Shown here one piece after another: positions 30,001-39,484 of a DNA stretch of 64,000 nt. The notes under the pieces are model-generated. The model was not told the DNA's origin and searched no databases. It saw nothing but the letters and a program-made list of their open reading frames with translations. Within the stretch, counting starts at the first letter, position 1; each line of letters opens with the position of its first letter. The DNA comes from a candidate division FCPU426 bacterium (lineage in GTDB: Bacteria > Oederibacteriota > PGYV01 > Palsa-1178): positions 928,001 through 992,000 of the forward strand of contig CAWIXE010000001.1 in NCBI GenBank assembly GCA_963840035.1. The letters run 5' to 3'. Made by a program: the position numbers and the translations under genes.

Positions 30001-31900
30001 CTACAACGCCCCTCCGGGCACAGGGCATTCTGATATTTATGTATATGTAACTTCCCCCGCGGGAAGCATGAGTATTTTCTTTTCCAAGAACAGCGGGGCA
30101 AGCTGGTTCAACAGCCTTACAACCACAGTTGACTCGGGAGGCTCCGCGCAGCTCCTGGTAAGGTCACATGTGCCGGGAACTTATGTCCTGATGGGGATCG
30201 ATACCAATTCCGTCACACCTATGGCGCCGGCCGGATCCACGCTTACTGTTTCCACATCGCATTTTATTTCAATAACTCCGTCCGCGGCGTCATCAGCGCA
30301 GGCCGGCGGCACGCACCTGATAACCGCGCAGATAGTCGATCAGAACGGAACGCCGGTTTCCCTGCAGGGAGTCAGGGCAGATTTTTCCACAAATAACGGA
30401 TCGGTTTCCCCGGTTACGGCATTCACTGACTCTACGGGAAAAGTAACTACGCTGCTTAGCATGGCAATCGCGCCTTATGCGCAGCATCTCGTAACTGTAT
30501 CCACCACGAGCCCGGACAGCGTTTCTACAACGGGGTCCATCATATCCATACCGGTAATTACTTTTGATGTGTCCCTGCCGGCTACCGCCACAAAACTTGT
30601 TCCGGTTTCAGTAGTGGTCAGGGCGAGAGACGCCTACGGCGCGACCATTACGAATTACACGGGAAGGGTGCATTTAACTTCGACTGACGGCGGAGTTGTG
30701 CTGTCTTTGGATTATACTTTTCTTGCTGGAGACAAGGGTGTAAAGACCTTCGGTGCGACTTTTTCCGCAGCAGGAACATGGACGGTAACGGCGACCGATA
30801 CCGTGACATCTTCCATAACAGGCACAAGCAACGATATAGTTATATTTAATGCGCCTACGCCTTCGCCGACATTTACCGCCACCAGGACCAATTCACCCAC
30901 AAAGACTGTCACGCCTACCATAACGCAGACATGGACCAATTCGCCGACGTACACGATAACAAATACGCATACCGTGTCTGATACGCCGACTTTTACGATC
31001 ACAAGGACTTCGACTCCGACTTTTACGGAGACTTTTTCGCTGACCCCTACAGGGACGGCCACACCGACCAGGACCGCGACCGGGACATATACAGGAACAT
31101 CAACGGCAACTCCGACTATCACAGAGACTTCGACTAAAACAGCAACCCCGACAATCACGCAGACACATACGGATACTCCCGTTTATTCGCCGACGCCTAC
31201 CTCGACGCAAACACCCACATCAACGGCAACTCCGACAAAAACTGCTACCGGAACAAACACGGCGACTTTGACTCCGAGCGCCACCAGGACAGTTACACAG
31301 ACGGCTACTTGTACTTCGACAAAAACTATAACCACGACAATCACGGCGACATATACGAATTCTCCGGTTTATACACGCACGATGACACCGTCAATTACTG
31401 TAACTTTTACAGGGACAAGCAGCAAGACGATAACCCCGACTGTGACACCTTCACCGACATCGTCAAACACCCCCACGATAACTCCGACAAAAACCGCCAC
31501 GAGCACCCTGACGGCAACACGCACGATAACACAAACTCATACGGTTTCCCCGACGAGCACGCACACACCTACTATTACGGCAACTCCGACGATAACACTG
31601 ACACCGGTGTTTAATACGGCGGCGGCCGGGTCAAGTTATGTATGCCCGCAGCCGGCTAAGGATAACCTCAGCATAGTGTTCAACTTAACCGAACCAGCGG
31701 ACATGACGGTTTATTTTTATAACGCGGCAGGCATGCCTGTCGGAAACGCGGCGGACAGGGGCTTTGCGTTTAACGCGAATAAGATAGACATAAACTTAAA
31801 AAAGTTCGCGCCGGGCGTATATTTTTATGTGCTCAGGGCAAAGACTGATTCAGGGAAAGAGATTGTTTTTAAGACGGGAAAGTTCCTGGTAATAAAATAA
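27029..31900 (+). CDS. Large secreted Ig-like-repeat surface protein with Thr/Pro mucin-like linker and T9SS-type-A-like C-terminal domain
   Basis: Four repeats of TAxDAxNN..YxGxxHFxSTD..LPxxYTF..D.G; Big-1-like domains; ~250-aa TxTPT tract; tail YVCPQP..VYFYNAAG..APGVYFY..GKFLVIK. Confidence 0.85.
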   Translation: MFEFKMPIFSIFNKKVDKLLNMGIFLFFLTLPYYIYSVPPDHFNLNSPGTVSAGSIFYVTATAMNINETVMTSYNGTAGFDSSASQTIFPADYAYIAGDNGAHVFPIQLMNAGEQSLTIFDTANINSYGSALMTVDPGEPSSFIVSAPSSIKAGVLFYVTVTAKDAYNNTIIKYNGTSHFYSTDPAAVLPSDSTFQNDDYGVKVLPVMLKTKGTHVVSVVDLLSSTVNGSSNAIDVTSGIPTRFSVSAPTTANPGTGFNLAISAMDAFNNVVDWYTGMVHFTSTDAGAVLPGNYTFQAGDYGNRIFSASLLNTPTQSISVNDAVANTINGSSGAITVSAGSDKYSQPLMLTSYLSQANMYQFVYIMFANPSLTLIPNNAYLEYDVFIPEYSADFYTGTEFGRKSVVGSWIMRDFGAPNYLIDQNAVRCHPSMDLKNYASGKWYHRKFNIAALNGLSYNQAQLAQDTGNSGANGAPSNSAGTFNGIYDNIKITDSGGGSLINLFSNANTIPMSGGVSVDGNIAGNRGDGGISTADATHAAPLDNYIWLIKDMSLTASPASNIVADGVSPCTITANLFAPGGAGVSFALADFVSDRGVDTISPVAVSANVKAITDGAGNAKAVIRSTKAGAANITVRSAHISKIITVNFVAGPSAKVRIIPDWLSIVSGVNGTIKTRLEDAYGNFSPAAKNVTITSSSGSMRFSSDNGSTWSQTLVVNGMIESNVLVNDTTPGDAMVTASAALLTSGSAVVHVNDSPAKFLSIIPVTQTAKAGNQGLFTIRSLDASGNNCFSTDSVFVTPTSATMMFSLNGNFYYSSITATLIDGRADVYYKDTKVGVNVTVTAKAAGYTDGKAYFTTIANDPAILDGWSDKYAVTAGQSVTITAKITDLYGNAIAGKFITFTAQVEGGLGDSAITPSGNSTNASGLVTVVYRTKSSSAAQNYCIINSTGLLGKTLTIAGSTAAVAFSFLPNPLALGADINGTLYINAKDTNGYNAPPGTGHSDIYVYVTSPAGSMSIFFSKNSGASWFNSLTTTVDSGGSAQLLVRSHVPGTYVLMGIDTNSVTPMAPAGSTLTVSTSHFISITPSAASSAQAGGTHLITAQIVDQNGTPVSLQGVRADFSTNNGSVSPVTAFTDSTGKVTTLLSMAIAPYAQHLVTVSTTSPDSVSTTGSIISIPVITFDVSLPATATKLVPVSVVVRARDAYGATITNYTGRVHLTSTDGGVVLSLDYTFLAGDKGVKTFGATFSAAGTWTVTATDTVTSSITGTSNDIVIFNAPTPSPTFTATRTNSPTKTVTPTITQTWTNSPTYTITNTHTVSDTPTFTITRTSTPTFTETFSLTPTGTATPTRTATGTYTGTSTATPTITETSTKTATPTITQTHTDTPVYSPTPTSTQTPTSTATPTKTATGTNTATLTPSATRTVTQTATCTSTKTITTTITATYTNSPVYTRTMTPSITVTFTGTSSKTITPTVTPSPTSSNTPTITPTKTATSTLTATRTITQTHTVSPTSTHTPTITATPTITLTPVFNTAAAGSSYVCPQPAKDNLSIVFNLTEPADMTVYFYNAAGMPVGNAADRGFAFNANKIDINLKKFAPGVYFYVLRAKTDSGKEIVFKTGKFLVIK

Positions 31901-31916
31901 TAAAAGGAGGCGGGAA

Positions 31917-33152
31917 ATGCGTGTTAAAAGTGTCTTGGCGGCAGCGGTCGTGTGTCTGTATTTCACCGTCCTCCAGGCCGAAATACAGGATAGCGCCGGA
32001 ATTATATTTCCATCCATTGAGTTAAGCGCGGGAGCCAGGGCGTCTGCCATGGGAGAGGCGTATACGGCAATTGCAGAGGGATCAAGTGGACCTATCTTTA
32101 ACCCGGCGGGCCTTGGGTTCCTTCAGAAAACGGAAGTTTCCACTGCCTTTAATAAATGGTTTGTGGATTCTTTTTACCAGCACTTCATGGCTGCGGTTCC
32201 GCTTGAGACCGGGGCTGTCGGTATAGATATTTTCTATATTAATTTTGGTATTTTTGAAAGGCTGACCACGCTGGGATATGCCGAATCCGGCACGCCGATG
32301 AACCCGTTCACTTTTCAGGGTTTGATATCCTACGGCATGCAGTTTGGGAACAGGTTTTCAGCAGGAATCGGGCTAAAATATTTCGGGCAGTCGCTTGACC
32401 AGACCATGCAGTCAGGCATAGCAGGGAACCTAGGATTATTGTACAGGGCCGGAGGGGTTTCGGCCGGGCTGGCAGTGAGTAATTTGGGATCAGCAGGAGC
32501 GTACGCTCTGCCGCTGAGCATAAAAGCCGGCGGGTCATTTGAATTTATGAAGACACAGCAGCACTTTTTTATCGGCACTGTGGATGTTAATTACATTTTA
32601 AACGGCATGCCCGGGATAAACGCCGGGATTGAGTACACATACGCAGGAATAGTTTCAGCGCGCGCAGGATACAGGCTTTACCTTGGGGAGGACAACCTCA
32701 CCGGTTTAAAAGGACTTTCCGCAGGCGCGGGAATACAGCTCGGACAGTTCGGGCTTGATTACGCCTTTACGCCGTACGGGGAGCTTGGCATGGCACACAT
32801 GGTTTCACTCAAGTATATATTTGAAAAATCAGAGGAAGAAAAGGAAAAGTTAAAACCCAGAGGCAGCGAGGCCGTAAAAAAAGGGCAGGCGACAAAGGCG
32901 GACCTTTACCTTATGCTCGGAGAAGCCGGGACCATGGAAAATGAAGGCGACCTGAAGGCGGCGGAGCTTAAATACAGGGAAATCATCGGTATTGATAAAA
33001 ACTACGCTGACGCCTGGAAACGCCTCGGCGCTGTTTACTATAAGGAAGACAGGAAAGGCGACGCTATCAGGGCGTTCGAGGCATACCTGAAGATAAGGCC
33101 TGATGACGAGGCTGTCGCCAACTGGCTTAAAAAGCACGGCAACGAAAAGTAA
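31917..33152 (+). CDS. PorV/PorQ (UPF0164)-like outer-membrane beta-barrel protein with C-terminal TPRs
   Basis: GARASAMGEAYTA..IFNPAGL; ARAGY; GLSAGAG..LDYAFTPYGELG..HMVSL; TPR tail. Confidence 0.82.
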   Translation: MRVKSVLAAAVVCLYFTVLQAEIQDSAGIIFPSIELSAGARASAMGEAYTAIAEGSSGPIFNPAGLGFLQKTEVSTAFNKWFVDSFYQHFMAAVPLETGAVGIDIFYINFGIFERLTTLGYAESGTPMNPFTFQGLISYGMQFGNRFSAGIGLKYFGQSLDQTMQSGIAGNLGLLYRAGGVSAGLAVSNLGSAGAYALPLSIKAGGSFEFMKTQQHFFIGTVDVNYILNGMPGINAGIEYTYAGIVSARAGYRLYLGEDNLTGLKGLSAGAGIQLGQFGLDYAFTPYGELGMAHMVSLKYIFEKSEEEKEKLKPRGSEAVKKGQATKADLYLMLGEAGTMENEGDLKAAELKYREIIGIDKNYADAWKRLGAVYYKEDRKGDAIRAFEAYLKIRPDDEAVANWLKKHGNEK

Positions 33153-33155
33153 AGA

Positions 33156-33415
33156 CCTCAGAAAACACCCTCTTGAGATGTTTTTGCGAATGCAGTGAGC
33201 AAATATATCATGCGATATTCCTCTCATCTTGTCGTGCTTCGCACGACATCCCTCTTTCTGAAACAAAGAGGGACGATTACACCCCTTTTATCTAACCTTG
33301 AGACGAATATCACTTCGAATGTTTGTCCGTGTGCCCATCCGCATCCAGGCTGACACTCCTCCAGCTATCGTTCCCCTTTGTATCAGAAAGGGGAATAAGA
33401 AGGGGATTTCTGAGG
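33156..33415. mobile_element. MITE-like element with CCTCAGAAA..TTTCTGAGG terminal inverted repeats
   Basis: Terminal IRs plus subterminal CCCTTTCTGA(A/T)ACAAAG(G/A)GG hairpins; sister element at 36513-36669. Confidence 0.6.
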
Positions 33416-33424
33416 CGTTTAAGG

Positions 33425-33484
33425 TTGACATTAAAACTATTTATGTGTATATTTGTTCTGATTGGAACTGTTCCATTTGGAACA
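33425..33484 (+). promoter_or_regulatory. Promoter and tandem inverted-repeat operators of the MarR-EmrAB operon
   Basis: TTGACA-17-TATATT, then GTTCTGATTGGAAC and TGTTCCATTTGGAACA palindromes. Confidence 0.75.
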
Positions 33485-33500
33485 ATCGCGGGAGGGCGTT

Positions 33501-33944
33501 ATGTCTGGGCATGTGGATGCGGTCCGTGAAATACTGGGGCTTGTGAGGCAGATTAACATAAGCATGAAACGCAGGATGATGTGCGGCGCGGCGGCCATGG
33601 GTTATTCCATGCCGCAGTTTTTGGTGATGTACCAGCTCACGCAGGACGGGAGTGTGTCCATGCACGAGCTCGTGGATAAGACCGGGCTGCCAAAATCGAC
33701 GCTTTCCAGGATAGTTGACCAGCTGGTCAGGCGCGGCGTCCTGAAACGCCACAGGCCGGAGAACAACAGAAGGACTGTCATGCTTTCTGTGACAGACGCG
33801 TACACTAAGAAAAAAGCCAGGTTAAAAAAATCAGTTGCTGACAAGATCGCGCTGGGAATGCCCGGAGGCAAAGCAGCGGGCATAAATAGAGCGCTTAAGG
33901 AACTGTATGATATATTAAAATTTGAAGAAGAGAAAGAGGTGTAA
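33501..33944 (+). CDS. MarR family transcriptional regulator
   Basis: SMPQFLVM..ELVDKTGLPKSTLSRIVDQLVRRGVLKR..NNRR motif. Confidence 0.92.
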   Translation: MSGHVDAVREILGLVRQINISMKRRMMCGAAAMGYSMPQFLVMYQLTQDGSVSMHELVDKTGLPKSTLSRIVDQLVRRGVLKRHRPENNRRTVMLSVTDAYTKKKARLKKSVADKIALGMPGGKAAGINRALKELYDILKFEEEKEV

Positions 33945-33945
33945 C

Positions 33946-34817
33946 ATGCCGGACAAAAAAGCACATCAATACGCGCCAGCAGCCGGGGCGCGGGAGACTG
34001 AGAAAAAAGGTCCATGGTGGAAGAATAAAAGGGCGCAGATAGCATTTAAGCTTTTAGGAGGGCTTTTTGCCGCCGGTTTCATAATGTGGTTTTTTCTTTA
34101 TATGCCTTTTACCGCCACGGATGACGCCAGAGTGGACGCGCACACCATAAGGGCGGCAAACCTGGGCGCAAGCGGACAGATTATCAAAGTCTATGTAAAG
34201 GAAGGCGACAGGGTCACCGCGGGACAGGTACTTGCGGAACTCGACCATGCTACCGCCCAGGCGCAGCTTGAAAAAGCCGCAGCTATGGCGAACTTTACAG
34301 CGCTTGACGCGAAAAGGTCGAAGGCGATGGTTTCCCAGCAGGGCATGAGCCAGCAGCGCTTGACCGCGCCCAGCAGACGGCCAATGCCTCTCAGGCTGAT
34401 TTAAAACTGGCGCAGATAGCTCTTGACCGCACATACATTAAGAGCCCGGTTGACGGGATTGTTATACAGAAAACAGCCGACGAAGGAAACATCCTTGAGG
34501 GCAACCAGTCGGCATTTATAGTGGCGGATACGGAACACGCCTGGGTATCGGCAAACATACTTGAAAAAGCCGTAAGCGACGTAAAGATAGGACAAAAAGT
34601 GTTCATAACCGTCGATGAGGGCGGTAAGCTCACGGGAAAAGTAATGGATGTCAGGAGAGCATCGACATCGGTTTTTTCACTTATACCTTCGGACAACGCG
34701 GCAGGCAATTTCACAAAAGTGGAGCAGCGCATTCCGGTAAAGATAGAACTTGACCCGCACCCGGGAGTTGACTTAAGGGTGGGCCAGTCGGTGGAGATTA
34801 AAATAAAGATCAGATAA
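33946..34817 (+). pseudogene. emrA: EmrA/HlyD-family efflux adaptor with a 1-nt deletion near 34357 (pseudogene or sequencing error)
   Basis: TDDARVD..VKEGDRV..LAELD, then in a new frame IKSPVDG..FSLIPSDNAAGNFTKVEQRIPVKI; adding one base gives SQQALDRAQQTAN. Confidence 0.85.
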
Positions 34818-34820
34818 AAA

Positions 34821-34881
34821 CAGTTTGAAGTTTTAAGTTTTAAGATTAAAAAACCATCTAAAAACTTTAAACTTAAAACTG
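34821..34881. repeat. Inverted heptamer-repeat element (AGTTTTA)n..(TAAAACT)n
   Basis: Same family as the in-frame copy at 60352-60420. Confidence 0.75.
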
Positions 34882-34910
34882 ATTTTATCTGTATTTGATG
34901 AAAGGTCCAT

Positions 34911-36485
34911 ATGGAAAAGAACATGTACGAACAGGTGCCGCCGGGATATAAATGGTCGGTTATGTATATAATTATGATGGGCATGATGATGGCTACCATT
35001 GACTCGTCCATTGTAAATGTATCCCTGCCAAAGATTATGGCTGATTTCGGCGTAAACATAGACGATATTGAATGGGTCCTGACCGGATACATGCTTGCTT
35101 TTGCCGTGTCCATGCCTTTAACCGGATGGCTGCGCGAGAGGATAGGATATAAGAATATTTACATCGGGTCCCTCGTGCTTTTTACGGCCGGGTCAGTATT
35201 ATGCGGCCTGGCATGGAATTTTCCGTCATTAATTATCGCCAGGATTTTGCAGGCAATCGGAGGAGGGGCCATGCAGCCAACGGGCATGGCGCTTATGACA
35301 GAGGTCTTCCCGCCTAAAGAGCGCGGCAAGGCCATGGGCCTTTTTGGCGTGGGTATTATTTTAGGCCCGGCAATCGGCCCTACCCTTGGCGGGTATTTGA
35401 CTGATTATTTTGGATGGCGGTCCATATTCCTCGTTAACCTCCCGTTTGGCATAGTTACCATACTCATGGCAATTGAAATCATGCTGGTCGACGCCCCGCA
35501 CAAGCTTGTGAAGAAACCTTTTGATTTTTGGGGGTTCGCGTTTTTAACAGCATGTCTTATAGGGATTCTGCTTGGCATGTCAAAAGGGCAGAAAGAAGGC
35601 TGGGGCTCTGTTTTCATAGTTTCATGTTTTATTATTTCATTTATCGGGTTTGTCGGTTTCCTGCTTGTGGAAACCCACACGGAAAACCCGATTGTGGACC
35701 TAAGTCTCTTTAAAATCCCGACTTTTGCCACAGCCTCGGTTATAACCGTGGCAAGGTCCATAGGGCTTTTTGGATCCATATTCCTTATACCGCTTTTTGT
35801 CCAGCAGCAGATGGGGTTTACCGCGCTTCAAAGCGGGCTGCTTATGCTTCCGCCGTCGCTTTTCATGGCAGTGGTGTTCCCGCTTTTTGGCCGCATGGCT
35901 GACAAAGTCGGGCCGAGAATCCCTTCGGTTATTGGTATAATTATAACCGCGTACAGCCTGTATTTATATAAGGACATAAACCTTAACATGACATCCTGGG
36001 CAATTATATACCCCATGATGGTAAGGTCAATTGGAATGGGGCTTTTGATGGCGCCAATTACAACGGCGGTAATGAACTCAGTCCCCCAGCATAAAGTGGC
36101 GGCCGCTTCCTCGTTAAATAACATATTAATGCAGGTCGGCGCGTCTATTGGAATTGCAGTTTTCGCGACCATGCTTTCAAACAGGGCCACTTACCATGTG
36201 GCCATAGTTGGCCAGGCAGCGAAAGCCACAAACCCGGTTTTTACGGCAACCGTGGCGGAACTTATAAGGAAGGGACATTCAGTGGGCTTAAGCCTGGCCC
36301 AGTCCGCAGGCACGGCAAAGGCTTATCTGATGCAGGTCATGACAAAATCAGCCCTGGTAAACGCCTTTCAGGATGTCTTCATACTTGGCGCGATAATAGT
36401 CGCGCTGACCATTCCGCTGGCTTTCATGCTGCCGGCACAGGTGGTCCACCAGCCGCACAAAGGCCCTACGTTGCCGGGAGAGTAA
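34911..36485 (+). CDS. emrB: DHA2 family MFS efflux permease (EmrB/QacA)
   Basis: IDSSIVNVSLP, ARILQAIGGG and GPAIGPTLGGYL..WRSIFLVNLP motifs; 14 TM segments. Confidence 0.93.
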   Translation: MEKNMYEQVPPGYKWSVMYIIMMGMMMATIDSSIVNVSLPKIMADFGVNIDDIEWVLTGYMLAFAVSMPLTGWLRERIGYKNIYIGSLVLFTAGSVLCGLAWNFPSLIIARILQAIGGGAMQPTGMALMTEVFPPKERGKAMGLFGVGIILGPAIGPTLGGYLTDYFGWRSIFLVNLPFGIVTILMAIEIMLVDAPHKLVKKPFDFWGFAFLTACLIGILLGMSKGQKEGWGSVFIVSCFIISFIGFVGFLLVETHTENPIVDLSLFKIPTFATASVITVARSIGLFGSIFLIPLFVQQQMGFTALQSGLLMLPPSLFMAVVFPLFGRMADKVGPRIPSVIGIIITAYSLYLYKDINLNMTSWAIIYPMMVRSIGMGLLMAPITTAVMNSVPQHKVAAASSLNNILMQVGASIGIAVFATMLSNRATYHVAIVGQAAKATNPVFTATVAELIRKGHSVGLSLAQSAGTAKAYLMQVMTKSALVNAFQDVFILGAIIVALTIPLAFMLPAQVVHQPHKGPTLPGE

Positions 36486-36512
36486 AATATTTGTATTTGT
36501 CAACAGTATGTA

Positions 36513-36669
36513 CCTCAGAAATCCCATTCTTATTCCCCTTTCTGAAACAAAGGGGAATAATCACTTCACTTGTATTCAGCCGTGAGGCGGATATCACTTC
36601 AAAGTTTATTCGTTTGCCCATATGTCTGCTTTTGGCCGCAAATGTATCCTAAGTAGAGAATTTCTGAGG
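36513..36669. mobile_element. MITE-like element, CCTCAGAAA family
   Basis: Its left ~45 bp is nearly the reverse complement of the right end of 33156-33415; it ends in TTTCTGAGG. Confidence 0.6.
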
Positions 36670-36763
36670 ACCCAATAGCGCAAACCTGATGGTTTATATT
36701 GACAACCCCATTTATTAGTAATAAAATTGCTTCTGCACCATTATGCATATCACGGAGGCGATT

Positions 36764-37438
36764 ATGAAGGTAAAAGAACTCAAGGAAATAACGGAGAATG
36801 TACACGAAGAACATTCGAAACAGGACAAATACGAAATCGTTACAGGGCTTTTAATGGCGCTTTTCGCGGCCATACTGGGCATAACCGAGATAGGTGATAA
36901 GAAGGCCGAGGCAAAATACATAGTCTCCAATAATGAGAAGTCAAACGCCTACCAGTGGTACCAGTCAAAATCAATAAAGCAGAATATCGCTGACGGGCAG
37001 AAAGACATGCTTCAGGCAATACTGGATTCTGGGGCGGTTAAAGCTGACAGACAGCAGGCGGTCAAACAGGTAATAGCGGGACTTGCGGAAAAGTCCTCAA
37101 AGTATGAGGAGGAAAAGGCAGAAATCCTCGGGGTAAAACAGGCTGAAAAAACAGTCCCGGAACACGCCGCGTCTGCTGAAAAGAAAGATGAAAAAGAGAA
37201 GATCATAAGCGCCGCAGAGTGGGAAGAAAAAGCGCATAAATACCATGTCATGGGCAATGATTTCGCCATGGCCGCGCTGTTCCTCCAGTTGTGCCTTGTA
37301 ATCGGCGCGGTGAGCCTGATGATACATGAAAAAATGATAAGGACCGTACTGCTTTCCATATTCATAGCATCCGGAACAGCAGGAATAATATATTCCATTA
37401 TCGCGTACATTAAATTTTTTGCCATGCTGCACGCGTAA
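36764..37438 (+). CDS. DUF4337-like membrane protein
   Basis: ALFAAIL..NAYQWYQSKSIKQNI..FAMAALFLQLCLVIGAVSL; promoter TTGACA-17-TAAAAT at 36699-36727. Confidence 0.75.
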   Translation: MKVKELKEITENVHEEHSKQDKYEIVTGLLMALFAAILGITEIGDKKAEAKYIVSNNEKSNAYQWYQSKSIKQNIADGQKDMLQAILDSGAVKADRQQAVKQVIAGLAEKSSKYEEEKAEILGVKQAEKTVPEHAASAEKKDEKEKIISAAEWEEKAHKYHVMGNDFAMAALFLQLCLVIGAVSLMIHEKMIRTVLLSIFIASGTAGIIYSIIAYIKFFAMLHA

Positions 37439-37450
37439 AAAGGGGGATTC

Positions 37451-39292
37451 ATGAACGCTGTTGTCATTCTGATTATCGCGCTGTGCGTGTTTACGCTCGC
37501 ATACAGGTTTTATGGCGCTTTTTTATCCGCTAAAGTGCTCGCGCTTGACCCGAAACGGGTCACCCCGTCGCACAGGTTAACTGATGGGCACGATTATGTG
37601 CCCACAAACAAATGGGTGCTTTTTGGGCATCATTTCGCGGCTATTGCCGGAGCAGGGCCGCTTATAGGGCCGGTGCTTGCCGCGCAGTTCGGATATTTGC
37701 CGGGGCTTATGTGGATTTTAATCGGATCTGTTTTAGCGGGCGCTGTACATGATTATGTCATATTATTTGCCTCTGTCCGCCATAACGGCGAGCCGCTTCA
37801 TAAAATAGCCGGCGCCTATGTCGGAAAAATAACAGGCGGCGCTTCGGCAGTCGGGGTGCTCTTCATTATTATTACAGCGCTTGCCGGCTTATCTATAGCC
37901 GTTGTAAACGCCCTGGCGGAAAGCGCGTGGGGGACATTTACCATAGCGCTGACCATACCGGCAGCCATGTTTGTCGGGTTATACATGACTAAATTCAGGA
38001 AAGACAAAATAATTGAAGCGTCTTTAATTGGCGTTGCTTTGCTGTTATTCGGCGTCTTTTTCGGGCACTATGTTCAGAACTCATCATTGGCGCAATATTT
38101 TACCTACGGAAGGAAAGACCTTGCGGTCATACTCGCCGTATATGGATTTTTTGCTTCGGTGCTTCCTGTTTGGCTGCTGCTGGTGCCCAGGGATTACTTA
38201 AGTTCATACCTTAAGATAGGCACTATCGCGCTGCTTGGCGTGGGTATACTGCTTGTCATGCCGAAGATACAGATGCCGGCCATTACGCAGTATGTAAACG
38301 GCGGCGGCCCCATAATACCGGGAAAAGTCTGGCCTTACGTATGCATTACAATCGCGTGCGGAGCCATTTCGGGGTTCCATTCGCTCATATCCTCAGGCAC
38401 TACACCCAAGATGCTCAATAATGAAAGGGACATGCTGCCCATCGGGTACGGCGCCATGCTTGTGGAAAGTTTTGTTTCCATAATGGCGTTGATTGCCGCT
38501 ACGTCGCTTGTACCGGCTGATTACTTCGCGATAAACTGCAAGCCTGAAGTATTCGCGACGCTCGGCATGGTGCCCGAGCGCTTAAGCGAGCTTTCAATGA
38601 TGGTCCAGGAAAATGTCGCGGGAAGGCCGGGCGGAGCAGTGTCGCTGGCAGTGGGTATGGCCTATATATTTTCCGGCATACCCGGCATGAAAGGCCTCAT
38701 GGGTTTCTGGTACCACTTTATAATTATGTTCGAGGCTCTCTTTATATTAACTACAATTGACGCGGGTACAAGGGTGGCGCGCTACATACTGCAGGACATA
38801 ACAGGAAAAGCAATAAAACCCTTTGCAAACAGAAAATGGGTGCCCGGAGTTATAATTACAAGCGCCGTGATTGTTTTCGCGTGGGGTTACCTTGTTTATA
38901 ACGGCGACATATCCACGATATGGCCCATGTTCGGCGTGGCAAACCAGCTGCTGGCCACCGCGGCTTTAGCCATAGGCACGTCCATAATAATGAAAAACAA
39001 CAAGCATAAGGCCTACGGCCTTGTGACTTTTATCCCCATGCTTTTCATGCTGGCCACAACCCTTTCAGCCGGATTGCAGAACATATTCGGCAACTACCTG
39101 CCGCAGAAGACCTTTAACGGAAATTTAAACGCGTTCCTCTCCTCCGCAATGCTTTTGCTGGTGCTCATAATTGTGGCCGACTGTTTTGTTAAGTGGACGC
39201 AGTATATAAGGAAGTACGGATGGGTACATGTGCCGGAAAAGGTTATTATAAAGGGCACGCATGAAGAGACTATGCCGGACTTGGGGGATTAG
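37451..39292 (+). CDS. cstA: Carbon starvation protein A (peptide/pyruvate transporter)
   Basis: LFGHHFAAIAGAGPLIGP, PRDYLS, ACGAISGFHSL and WPMFGVANQLL motifs. Confidence 0.96.
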   Translation: MNAVVILIIALCVFTLAYRFYGAFLSAKVLALDPKRVTPSHRLTDGHDYVPTNKWVLFGHHFAAIAGAGPLIGPVLAAQFGYLPGLMWILIGSVLAGAVHDYVILFASVRHNGEPLHKIAGAYVGKITGGASAVGVLFIIITALAGLSIAVVNALAESAWGTFTIALTIPAAMFVGLYMTKFRKDKIIEASLIGVALLLFGVFFGHYVQNSSLAQYFTYGRKDLAVILAVYGFFASVLPVWLLLVPRDYLSSYLKIGTIALLGVGILLVMPKIQMPAITQYVNGGGPIIPGKVWPYVCITIACGAISGFHSLISSGTTPKMLNNERDMLPIGYGAMLVESFVSIMALIAATSLVPADYFAINCKPEVFATLGMVPERLSELSMMVQENVAGRPGGAVSLAVGMAYIFSGIPGMKGLMGFWYHFIIMFEALFILTTIDAGTRVARYILQDITGKAIKPFANRKWVPGVIITSAVIVFAWGYLVYNGDISTIWPMFGVANQLLATAALAIGTSIIMKNNKHKAYGLVTFIPMLFMLATTLSAGLQNIFGNYLPQKTFNGNLNAFLSSAMLLLVLIIVADCFVKWTQYIRKYGWVHVPEKVIIKGTHEETMPDLGD

Positions 39293-39342
39293 AAAGGCAG
39301 TTTAAAATTTAAAGTTTAAATTTGAAAGTGAATGCGGGTTGT

Positions 39343-39430
<88 letters not shown>

Positions 39431-39484
39431 ACGGCACATCAATATAATACTTTTTATTAAATAATAGTCAATATAAAAACAATG

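Noticed and set aside
30856..31607. Thr/Pro tract as a DNA-level repeat or diversity-generating element
   Set aside because: Codons are synonymously diverged, so the repetition is at protein level; no reverse transcriptase or template/variable repeat pair.
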